Source: an uncultured Verrucomicrobiae bacterium
GTDB lineage: Bacteria > Verrucomicrobiota > Verrucomicrobiia > Chthoniobacterales > JAFAMB01
Length of the DNA stretch: 64,000 nucleotides
Assembly: GCA_963813025.1 (NCBI GenBank)
Contig: CAWEXO010000012.1
Coordinates: forward strand, 32,001-96,000
Direction: 5' to 3'
The notes under the pieces were generated by a model that worked only from the letters and a program-made list of their open reading frames with translations, was not told the DNA's origin and did no database searches. Each line of letters begins with the position of its first letter. Within the stretch, counting starts at the first letter, position 1. The position numbers were made by a program, and so were the translations under genes. This document shows positions 40,648 to 49,286 of this stretch, piece by piece.

Positions 40648-41682
40648 ATGCTTATCAGAATCGGCTACGACATTGCGCTTCGTCTCCCTTTTCCAACTGC
40701 GGTAATTTACGTGCTCCACGTCCATCCCGCGCGCAAAGGCGACCTGGTCAGGCCCGAAGACTTCCGGATCAAGCCAGAACTGTGCGTCGAGGAATACTTT
40801 GATGGATTCGGCAACCATTGCGGACGCGTCAACTGCCCAGCAGGTGTCATACGTTTTCTCAACGACGCAATCATTCGCGACCCTGGCACACTAGATTCCT
40901 ACGCACCCGACGCGCCTCAACACGACGTTCGCGAGCTGCCGCTGGAAACCCTATCTTTTGTCTTGCCGAGCCGTTACTGCGAAGTCGACAGCGAGCTGCT
41001 TGACTTCGCCTGGCAAACCTTCGGCGCCACTCCGGCCGGATGGGCACGGGTGCAGGCGATTTGCGACTTCGTCCATGGCCATCTCCGCTTCGATTACCTG
41101 AAAGCTCGCGCCGATCGCACCGCGCTCGATGGTTTCCGCGAGCGGGTTGGCGTCTGCCGCGATTTTACCCATCTCGCGATTACCTTGTGCCGCTGCCTGA
41201 ATATCCCCGCGCGCTACGGCACGGGCTATCTGGGTGACATTGGCGTCCCTGCTGATCCCAATCCAATGGATTTCAGCGCCTGGTTTGAAGCCTATCTTGG
41301 CGGACACTGGCATACCTTCGATGCCCGGCATATCCGCCGCCGGATTGGCCGCGTCCTAATCGGAGGTGGACGCGACGCGGGCGACGTTCCTATCACCATG
41401 GCGTTCGGGCAACATCTTCTCGAAAATTTTAGCGTTGTCACCGAAAAGATTGATCCAGGTAACACCGCAAACGCGGTCGGTATTGCAACTTTGGAATCGA
41501 ATGCAGGTGTCGATTGCGAGTTAAATCCTGGATGGCGAGGGCGACGAGTCGATTTTGGGTCTACGATTTACCTGCAATCGATACTTGTTTTAACAATCAT
41601 TTGTACTTCTCCCCTGAAGAAATCACCAGGTTCACCGGGGAACCTTGCGCCACGGAGCTCCCGCTCGCCGGGTCCTGGCTAA
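40648..41682 (+). CDS. Transglutaminase-like family protein (DFSAW subtype) with 3' read-through extension
   Basis: MLIRIGYDI, DGFGN, LPSRYCE, GVCRDFTH, GYLGDIG, MDFSAWFE, FDAR, GRDAGDV. Confidence 0.88.
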   Translation: MLIRIGYDIALRLPFPTAVIYVLHVHPARKGDLVRPEDFRIKPELCVEEYFDGFGNHCGRVNCPAGVIRFLNDAIIRDPGTLDSYAPDAPQHDVRELPLETLSFVLPSRYCEVDSELLDFAWQTFGATPAGWARVQAICDFVHGHLRFDYLKARADRTALDGFRERVGVCRDFTHLAITLCRCLNIPARYGTGYLGDIGVPADPNPMDFSAWFEAYLGGHWHTFDARHIRRRIGRVLIGGGRDAGDVPITMAFGQHLLENFSVVTEKIDPGNTANAVGIATLESNAGVDCELNPGWRGRRVDFGSTIYLQSILVLTIICTSPLKKSPGSPGNLAPRSSRSPGPG

Positions 41683-44356
41683 TTACTTTGCCGGTAGCCA
41701 CCGTGTTACTGCTCTGCTGGGTGATGGTCCCCACCATGAGTTTCGTTTCAGTGATGGCTGTCGTCGCAGCGTCCTGAGTGAGCCCTTCCACGTTGGGCAC
41801 GGTCACCAGCTGTGGCCCTGAAGAAATCACCAGGTTTACCGGGGAACCTTGCGCCACAGAGCTGCCGCTCGTCGGCTCCTGGCTAATTACATTGCCGGTA
41901 GCCACCGTGTTACTGCTCTGCTGGGTGATGGTCCCCCCCTTGAGTTTCGCTGCCGTGATGGCTGTCGTCGCAGCGTCCCGAGGGAGCCCCTCCACGTTGG
42001 GCATGGTTACCATTTGTAGCCCTGAAGAAATCACCAGGTTCACCGGGGAACCTTGCGCCACGGAGCTCCCGCTCGCCGGGTCCTGGCTAATTACATTGCC
42101 GGTAGCCACCGTGTTACTGCTCTGCTGGGTGATGGTCCCCACCGTGAGTTTCGCTGCCGTGATGGCTGTGGTCGCGGCGGCCTGAGTTAGCCCCTCCACG
42201 TTGGGCACGGTCACCATTTGTAGCCCTGAAGAAATCACCAGGTTTACCGGGGAACCTTGCGCGACGGAGCTCCCGCTCGCCGGGTCCTGGCCAATTACAT
42301 TGCCGGTAGCCACCGTGTCACTGCTCTGCTGGGTGAGGGTCCCCACCGTGAGTTTCGCTGCCGTGATGGCGGTGGTCGCAGCGGCCTGAGGGAGCGCCTC
42401 CACGTTGGGCACGGTCATCATCTGTGGCCCTGTAGAAATCACCAGGTTCACCGGGGAACCTGGCGCCACGGAGCTCCCGGTCGTTGGGTCCTGGGTAATT
42501 ACTTTGCCGGTAGCCACCGTGTTGCTGGTCTGCTGGGTGACGGTGCCCACCATGAGTTCCGTCCCGGTGATGGCTGTGGTCGCAGCGTCCTGAGTCAACC
42601 CTTCCACGTTGGGCACGGTCACCATTTGTGGCCCTGAAGAAATCACCAGGTTCACCGGGGAACCTTGCGCCACGGAGCTCCCGCTCGCCGGCTCCTGGCT
42701 AATCGCATTGCCGGTAGCCACCGTGTTGCTGGTCTGCTCGGTGAGGGTCCCCACCGTGAGTTTCGCCCCGGCGATGGCTGTGGTCGCGGCGGCCTGAGTC
42801 AGCCCTTCCACGTTGGGCACGGTCACCATCTGTGGCCCTGAAGAAATCACCAGGTTCACCGGGGAACCTGGCGCCACGGAACTCCCGCTCGCCGGGTCCT
42901 GGCTAATTACATTGCCGGCAGCCACCGTGTTACTGCTCTGTTGGGTGACGGTGCCCACCGTGAGTTTCGCCCCGGCGATCGCTGTGGTCGCAGCGTCAGT
43001 CAGCCCCTCCACGTTGGGCACGTTCACCATCTGTGGCCCTGAAGAAATCACCAGGTTTACCGGGGAGCCTTGCGCCACGGAGCTCCCGCTCGCCGGGTCC
43101 TGGCCAATTACATTGCCGGTACCCACCGTGTTACTGCTCTGCTGGGTGAGGGTCCCCACCGTGAGTTTCGCCCCGGTGATGGTTGTGGTCGCAGCACCCT
43201 GGGTCAGCCCTTCCACGTTGGGCACGTTCACCATCTGTGGCCCTGAAGAAATCACCAGGTTTACCGGGGAACCCTGCGCCCCGGAACTCCCGCTCTCCGG
43301 GTCCTGGCTAATTACATTGCCGGTAGCCACCGTGTCACTGCTCTGCTGGGTGAGGGTCCCCACCGTGAGTTTCGCCCCGGTGATGACTGTGGTTGCAGTG
43401 TCCTGAGTCAGCCCTTCCACGTTGGGCACGTTCACCATCTGTGGCCCTGAAGAAATCACCAGGTTTACCGGGGAACCTTGCGCCACGGAGCCCCCGCTCG
43501 CCGGGTCCTGTCTAATTACATTGCCGGTAGCCACCGTGTTACTGCTCTGCTGGGTGACGGTGCCCACCGTGAGTTTCGTCCCGGTGATGGCTGTGGTTGC
43601 GGCGTCCTTTGTCAGCCCCTCCACGTTGGGCATGGTCACCATCTGTGGCCCTGAAGAAATCACCAGGTTCACCGGGGAACCTTGCGCCACGGAGCTCCCG
43701 CTCGCCGGGTCCTGGCCAATTACATTGCCGGTAGCCACCGTGTTGCTGGTCTGCTGAGTGATGGTCCCCACCATGAGTTTCGCTCCGGTGATTGCTGTGG
43801 TCGCAGCGGCCTGAGTCAGCCCTTCCACCTTGGGCATGGTCACCATCTGTGGCCCTGAAGAAATCACCAGGTTCAGCGGAGAACCTTGCGCCACGGAACT
43901 CCCGCTCGTCGGGTCCTGGCTAATTACTTTGCCGGAAGCGACCGTGTTACTGGTCTGCTGCATGACGGTCCCCACCATGAGTTTCGCTGCCGTGATGGCT
44001 GTGGTCGCAGCGGCCTGAGTCAGCCCCTCCACGTTGGGCACGGTCACCATCTGTGGCCCTGAAGAAATCACCAGGTTCACCCGGGAACCTGGCGCCACGG
44101 AACTCCCGCTCGCCGGATCCTGGCTAATTACATTGCCGGTAGCCACCGTGTTACTGGTCTGCTGGGTGATGGTCCCCACCATGAGTTTCGCCCCGGTAAT
44201 GGCTGTGGTCGCGGCGGCCTGAGTCAGCCCTTCCACGTTGGGCACGTTCACCTTGGCGCATCCGCTTACAAAAAGGAGCGCGCACGCAAGGCAGGCGCCA
44301 AGGCACCATTGCCAGGCCAACCGAATCAACCAACCCCTTCCGGCCAGGAAGATCAT
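41597..44356 (-). CDS. PASTA-repeat lipoprotein (13 tandem PASTA domains)
   Basis: Hydrophobic leader ending LFVSG-C, then 13 copies of VPNVEGLT..AATTAIT...GNVISQDP..GSSVAQGSPVNLVISSG. Confidence 0.9.
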   Translation of the reverse strand: MIFLAGRGWLIRLAWQWCLGACLACALLFVSGCAKVNVPNVEGLTQAAATTAITGAKLMVGTITQQTSNTVATGNVISQDPASGSSVAPGSRVNLVISSGPQMVTVPNVEGLTQAAATTAITAAKLMVGTVMQQTSNTVASGKVISQDPTSGSSVAQGSPLNLVISSGPQMVTMPKVEGLTQAAATTAITGAKLMVGTITQQTSNTVATGNVIGQDPASGSSVAQGSPVNLVISSGPQMVTMPNVEGLTKDAATTAITGTKLTVGTVTQQSSNTVATGNVIRQDPASGGSVAQGSPVNLVISSGPQMVNVPNVEGLTQDTATTVITGAKLTVGTLTQQSSDTVATGNVISQDPESGSSGAQGSPVNLVISSGPQMVNVPNVEGLTQGAATTTITGAKLTVGTLTQQSSNTVGTGNVIGQDPASGSSVAQGSPVNLVISSGPQMVNVPNVEGLTDAATTAIAGAKLTVGTVTQQSSNTVAAGNVISQDPASGSSVAPGSPVNLVISSGPQMVTVPNVEGLTQAAATTAIAGAKLTVGTLTEQTSNTVATGNAISQEPASGSSVAQGSPVNLVISSGPQMVTVPNVEGLTQDAATTAITGTELMVGTVTQQTSNTVATGKVITQDPTTGSSVAPGSPVNLVISTGPQMMTVPNVEALPQAAATTAITAAKLTVGTLTQQSSDTVATGNVIGQDPASGSSVAQGSPVNLVISSGLQMVTVPNVEGLTQAAATTAITAAKLTVGTITQQSSNTVATGNVISQDPASGSSVAQGSPVNLVISSGLQMVTMPNVEGLPRDAATTAITAAKLKGGTITQQSSNTVATGNVISQEPTSGSSVAQGSPVNLVISSGPQLVTVPNVEGLTQDAATTAITETKLMVGTITQQSSNTVATGKVISQDPASGSSVAQGSPVNLVISSGEKYK
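41610..44252. repeat. Intragenic tandem repeat, 13 x 204 bp (one unit 201 bp)
   Basis: gaagaaatcaccagg recurs every 204 bp; unit 7 lacks one codon (EGLT-DAA). Confidence 0.95.
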
Positions 44357-44822
44357 TTAATCTCGAGACATAGCAGCGTCTTTAAGCCTTTTGAAGCTTA
44401 TTCGCCTCGTAACCTAAAATGGGTACCTTTCGTCTTTCGATCAAACTCTTTAGCTGGCGCAGCTGATCACTCGGCGATCTCTCTTCTCATTGCTGGCACC
44501 TAACACACCGTTCGCTCTCGGAGCACTGCGTGGCGTCTGGGGCTGGACACTTTTTAGCTTAGTTTACCCGGCGCCCGAAGGTTTGGTTCGAGAGCCGGGC
44601 TCCACATTGCCGGGCGCAATCCAGTCACCGAACACCGCCTCCCCGTAAATCCGCCTTCTCCACCCCAAGGCCAATGAGCGCCGGATTCGTTTAACTGACT
44701 GGCCCGCGTCGCGGATACTGGATTGGACTCTCTGGTCGCAAGCTCTCCGGGTCAGGACGAGCAGTTCAGAGATGGCGAACAGATTGCGCGCTTTCGGTAG
44801 ACGCAAAGGCAATCATCACCTT

Positions 44823-45059
44823 ATGCGCAACTTAAAACTCATCACCGCTTCAGTCTTGGCTATCTTAGTAGCAATCCTGGTCGTCCAGAACAGGGAGCCG
44901 GTAACAACGCATCTCCTGTTTGCTACGGCTGTGATGCCTCACGCCATTCTGCTTTTCATCAACGCCGCTGTCGGGTTCGCTCTTGGAGTCCTTCTCACAA
45001 TGTCGCTGAATGCATCCTCTGGCTCTTCATTATCGTCTAAGGCATCAATGAGTCTCTAG
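44823..45059 (+). CDS. LapA/DUF1049-like small membrane protein (copy 1)
   Basis: MRNLKLITASVLAILVAILVVQNREPV..HLLF. Confidence 0.75.
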   Translation: MRNLKLITASVLAILVAILVVQNREPVTTHLLFATAVMPHAILLFINAAVGFALGVLLTMSLNASSGSSLSSKASMSL

Positions 45060-45176
45060 CCGTCCCAATTACCTTAGCAGATGGCTTCACCGCTCGAGCT
45101 ACGAATTACCCAACAGGTAGATTTCGCAGAATAAAAGGCTTGAACAGATCGCGGTTCGAAAATTATGGTTCGGCAT

Positions 45177-45320
45177 ATGCTTTGGACTATTGCGGTCATC
45201 TTGCTGATCTTGTGGCTTCTGGGATTCTCGTTCCATATTGGCGGAGGCCTAATTCACATTATTTTGGTGATCGTTGTCATCGTGGTAATATTAAGGCTCG
45301 TCTCAGGTCGCGGCCTGTAG
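45177..45320 (+). CDS. lmo0937-like (DUF5670) small membrane protein
   Basis: MLWTIAVILLILWLLGFSFHIGGGLIHIILVIVVIVVILRLVSGRGL*; below the ORF-track length cutoff. Confidence 0.85.
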   Translation: MLWTIAVILLILWLLGFSFHIGGGLIHIILVIVVIVVILRLVSGRGL

Positions 45321-45862
45321 GGATCAGGTCGGTTTCAAATTTGACTAACCGAACGGGTCACGATAATGGATTGGACTGCTTGTTCGTAAGCTCTAGGGAT
45401 GGAAGTGTTCCAACTTTACAGAGTGGTCTGAATCAGGTTGGACCGATGTGCTCCTGGCGGAAGTGTTGCGAGATATTGTCAAAAGTTGGGTATGAGGAGT
45501 TGGCGCATCTGTTGGTTATAACAGGTTAGGCAGCTTGTTCTTTTGATTCTTCTCCATCGACGAATTTGGTGCCCGTCACCACTTTGGTAACGAGTTCCGC
45601 GCCGTTGGGGCCCAGTGTCTTTCTGCTTCGTTAGCAGAAGCAGCATCGCCAGACATGGGACTGGAATCCGCGCGACGCCCTTGATGAGCCAGAGCCATCC
45701 CGCTGACGCGGTCCGAACTGACAAGGTCTTCCAGCGCGAATCGCGCTGGAATGCCGACCATGGGGCTCACGCCCGCTTGATCCCCGACCTTTTGGCGCCC
45801 TTATGCGAAACCATCCGCCACATAACCTCGCCACCTCTTCACTGAACCCGCTGAATCCGCTG

Positions 45863-48064
45863 TTACTTATACTCGTGTCGTCTGAACCCGATTGTTGACA
45901 AAGGCGGCAACGTTAGGCATAGGGAATGCGAGCGTCCCTGCCAAGGAATCGGATCGGCGTGCATTCCGCCCCAATTACCGATGTTGCCGCCCCCGTAGAT
46001 CCCGCCGTCGGTATTCAAGATCTCTTCGTACCAACCCTCGCTAGGTGCTCCGACTCGGTAGGCGTATCTGGGAACCGGTGCCGCATTCACCGCGAAGAGC
46101 AAAGTGGAACCGGACTCCGCCTTACGTAGGAACGTGAGGATGCTGTTGTCGGCGTCGTGAAAATCTATCCACTCAAATCCGAGATAACTATCATCGTTCT
46201 CCGAAAAGGCAGCCTCGCTCTTGTAAAGGAAATTAAGATGCTGGACCAGCCGTCTAAGACCGTCATGCAAGGGGTTTTGGAGCAGGTGCCAATCGCTGCT
46301 TTGGTCGTGATTCCATTCTTGCCACTGGCCGATTTCGCATCCCATGAACAGCAGCTTTTTGCCGGGGTGGGCGTACATCCAGGCATAAAACATGCGGAGG
46401 TTGGCGAACTTTTGCCATGGATCGCCCGGCATTTTGTTCAGTAGCGAACCTTTACCGTGCACAACTTCGTCGTGGCTCAAGACCAGGACAAAATGTTCCT
46501 GGAAGGCATAGGCCAAAGAGAATGTGGCTTCACTTTGATGGTACCGGCGATGAATTGGTTCAAGACTCATGTACTGCAGAAAGTCGTGCATCCAACCCAT
46601 GTTCCATTTAAAACCGAATCCCAGCCCACCCAAGTAAGTCGGACGTGAGACGCCAGGCCAGGCAGTCGATTCTTCTGCAATAGTCATAATACCTGGGAAA
46701 CGTTCGTAACAAACGGCGTTAAAGTGTTTCATGAATTCGATTGCTTCGAGATTCTCCCGCCCGCCGTGAACGTTGGGCACCCATTCGCCAGCCTTCCTTG
46801 AGTAGTCGAGGTACAGCATCGACGCGACGGCATCCACTCGCAGGCCGTCGATATGGTATTTGTCGAGCCAGAAAAGGCCGTTTGCGATCAGGAAGTTACG
46901 TACTTCGTTCCGACCGAAGTTGAAGATCAGCGTGCCCCAATCGCGCTGTTCTCCCTGTCGCGGATCGGCGTGTTCGTAAAGCTGTGTTCCGTCGAATTGA
47001 GCCAACCCAAAGGCATCCTTGGGGAAATGGCCCGGAACCCAGTCGAGAATGACTCCGATGCCCTCTTGGTGGCAGCAATCGACGAAATGGCGAAACTCGT
47101 CCGGATTTCCAAAACGGCTCGTTGGCGCATAGTAACCGGTGACCTGGTAACCCCAGGAACCGTCAAACGGATGCTCGGCGACGGGTAGTAATTCGACATG
47201 GCTGTAGCCCATTTCTTTCACATAGGGGATCAGCCGATCTGCGAACTCGGTGTAACTCAAATATCGGTTGTTCTCTTCGGGGACTCTCGCCCACGACCCA
47301 AGGTGAACCTCATAGATACTGACGGGTTGATGAGGCCAGTACCGGGTCTTCCGTTCTTCTACCCATGCATCGTCATTCCATTTGAAGCGATCGAGATTGA
47401 AAACCAGGGAAGCCGTCTGAACTCCATGCTGGCCGAAGAAAGAGAAGGGATCGCTTTTCAAGACAACATTGCCAAAGCAGTTGCGGATCTCGTATTTGTA
47501 ATGAGCGCTTTCACCAACCCCCGGAACGAAAATTTCCCAGATCCCTGCTTCGATGCGTTTTCGCATCTGGTGGGTACGTCCATCCCAGCCATTAAAATCC
47601 CCAACCACGCTGACCTGTCGAGCATTGGGAGCCCAAACGGCAAAACTCACACCCGCATGTCCATTGATTTCCGTAAGATGCGCTCCGAGCTTTTCGTAGA
47701 TCTCATAGTGGTTGCCTACACAATACAGGTGAGTGTCCTGTTCACCTAAGATCGGCCCATAAGAGTAGGGATCGCTGATCTGGAAGGTCTCTCCCGACCA
47801 GGTGGTGACCTGTAGCAGGTAGTCAAAGGCCTCTGTTACGCCCTCTAGTTGGGCTTCAAACAATCCTTCCTTTGCGACGCGGGTCGCGGGGAAGCGCCGC
47901 TCGACGTGGCGACGGTCGACAATCGCGAGTTCTTTCGCATCCGGTCTAAGACTACGCACAACCCAGACTTGGTCGATCTGATGCAATCCGAGCACGCCAA
48001 ACGGGTCATTATGTTCAGCGTGCAGAAGCCGGTGGATATCGTGGGGGGGTACTGTGGTGTTCAT
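45863..48064 (-). CDS. glgB: 1,4-alpha-glucan branching enzyme
   Basis: FAVWAPNA, IYEVHLGSW, WGYQ, ILDWVPGHF, GLRVDAVASMLY, AEESTAW, LSHDEVVHGK. Confidence 0.97.
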   Translation of the reverse strand: MNTTVPPHDIHRLLHAEHNDPFGVLGLHQIDQVWVVRSLRPDAKELAIVDRRHVERRFPATRVAKEGLFEAQLEGVTEAFDYLLQVTTWSGETFQISDPYSYGPILGEQDTHLYCVGNHYEIYEKLGAHLTEINGHAGVSFAVWAPNARQVSVVGDFNGWDGRTHQMRKRIEAGIWEIFVPGVGESAHYKYEIRNCFGNVVLKSDPFSFFGQHGVQTASLVFNLDRFKWNDDAWVEERKTRYWPHQPVSIYEVHLGSWARVPEENNRYLSYTEFADRLIPYVKEMGYSHVELLPVAEHPFDGSWGYQVTGYYAPTSRFGNPDEFRHFVDCCHQEGIGVILDWVPGHFPKDAFGLAQFDGTQLYEHADPRQGEQRDWGTLIFNFGRNEVRNFLIANGLFWLDKYHIDGLRVDAVASMLYLDYSRKAGEWVPNVHGGRENLEAIEFMKHFNAVCYERFPGIMTIAEESTAWPGVSRPTYLGGLGFGFKWNMGWMHDFLQYMSLEPIHRRYHQSEATFSLAYAFQEHFVLVLSHDEVVHGKGSLLNKMPGDPWQKFANLRMFYAWMYAHPGKKLLFMGCEIGQWQEWNHDQSSDWHLLQNPLHDGLRRLVQHLNFLYKSEAAFSENDDSYLGFEWIDFHDADNSILTFLRKAESGSTLLFAVNAAPVPRYAYRVGAPSEGWYEEILNTDGGIYGGGNIGNWGGMHADPIPWQGRSHSLCLTLPPLSTIGFRRHEYK

Positions 48065-48306
48065 ATTGATTCCTTTAAAAGGGAAGCCATCGCGGTTGAC
48101 GTGACTTCTGGAACGGGACAGGTCTGAAGTGTAGTTCTGCGGATTGGTTTTTGGTTGATAGCTAATTTGTGTTATTACAAGGTGGCGTCCAGACTTATCC
48201 ATAATCGCCCCGGAGCCGCCGTGCTGCGAGAATGCCTGGGACAGGTACGTGGGTAAGTCGCGCATTGGAGCCGAGGCGACTCCGAAGCCCAGGGTTTGTC
48301 TTTCGG

Positions 48307-48475
48307 CTGCTGGGCGGCAAATTGATCCGGGGTCAGATAGCTTAAGGCGTTATGGGGTCGTCGTTGATTGTATTCCACCCGCCCAGCCTCGATAATCACG
48401 CGGGCTTCGGCCAGCGAGGCCAAGATTTCGCCATTCAAACATTCGTCACCAAACTTATCATGGAAGCTTTCGTTC
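48307..48475 (-). mobile_element. IS3 family transposase C-terminal remnant
   Basis: ESFHDKFGDECLN...EYNQRRPHNALSYLTPDQFA. Confidence 0.8.
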
Positions 48476-48765
48476 GAACAACTCGACGTTATGGCTAATG
48501 CCGACGAACGGTTTCTGAATTCTGGCGGTAACTGCCGACTCTGTCCTAACAAAAAAGCAACCGCAATCGTTCGAGAAAAGTATAGGAGAATCGCACGAAG
48601 GCGGGCGAGACTGTTGGCAGGTAAGCAAACGCGTTCCGGGCGCTGTCGGTGAGTGAATTTCACCGACACCGTTAGGCGCAGGAGGTAGCACGTCGCCGGT
48701 ATCCAATACGGAACTCCCAACCTTCTTCGATCTGGGGTGAGGAGAAATGAGATTAAGGATTTAGT

Positions 48766-48940
48766 ATGAGAAAAACGATTAAGAATTTCGAACCAAAATT
48801 GGCACCAGAGAAAGCATCCTGGCTCGATGTCAGGACGATTGCGCGGGTTGAAGTTACTTCTGAAGATTGGCGATATCCGATCGAATGAGCATTTGATGAA
48901 AGAGACAGGGGTGGCGGGCGGGCCGCTGAGCGGGGGCCAG
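48766..48940 (+). pseudogene. 5' remnant of a conserved 'carbohydrate-binding protein'-type gene
   Basis: MRKR.. then, in another frame, WLDVRTIARVEVTSEDWRYPIE*AFD...RAAE. Confidence 0.5.
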
Positions 48941-49009
48941 CCGTTGCCTCTCTCGCGAGCTGGCGTCTCGGTTAGCTTGAGTCTTGCGGACAGAGCTTTC
49001 TTTGACTTT

Positions 49010-49222
49010 ATGCGCAACTTGAAAATCATTGTCGCTTCAATCTTGGCTATCTTGGTAGCGATCATTGTGGTCCAAAACAGGGATCCGGTAGCAACGCACT
49101 TGCTCTTTGCTACGATCGTCATGCCTCACGCAGTTCTGCTTTTCATCACTGCCGTCGCTGGGTTCGCTCTTGGAGCTCTTCTCACCTTGTCACTAAACTC
49201 AAAGCGCAAGCAAATCCCCTGA
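49010..49222 (+). CDS. LapA/DUF1049-like small membrane protein (copy 2)
   Basis: MRNLKIIVASILAILVAIIVVQNRDPV; paralogue of 44823-45059. Confidence 0.75.
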   Translation: MRNLKIIVASILAILVAIIVVQNRDPVATHLLFATIVMPHAVLLFITAVAGFALGALLTLSLNSKRKQIP

Positions 49223-49286
49223 GCCAAAGGCAAGAAAATATCATCCCGCGCCGCTCGGTACAGCAATAGTCAAAGCAGTCGAGTCC

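Noticed and set aside
41778..44222. Series of plus-strand 62-aa ORFs (MGTVTICGPEEITRF...)
   Set aside because: Antisense shadows of the PASTA repeat gene.
41610..44252. CRISPR array or non-coding repeat array
   Set aside because: Units are 204 bp, contiguous, without unique spacers, and encode in-frame PASTA domains; no cas genes.
41597..44356. Diversity-generating retroelement target
   Set aside because: No reverse transcriptase in the window, and the variation is not visibly adenine-specific.
48175..49122. 315-aa ORF as a real gene
   Set aside because: A patchwork of antisense DUF1049 sequence, intergenic DNA and an IS3 remnant.
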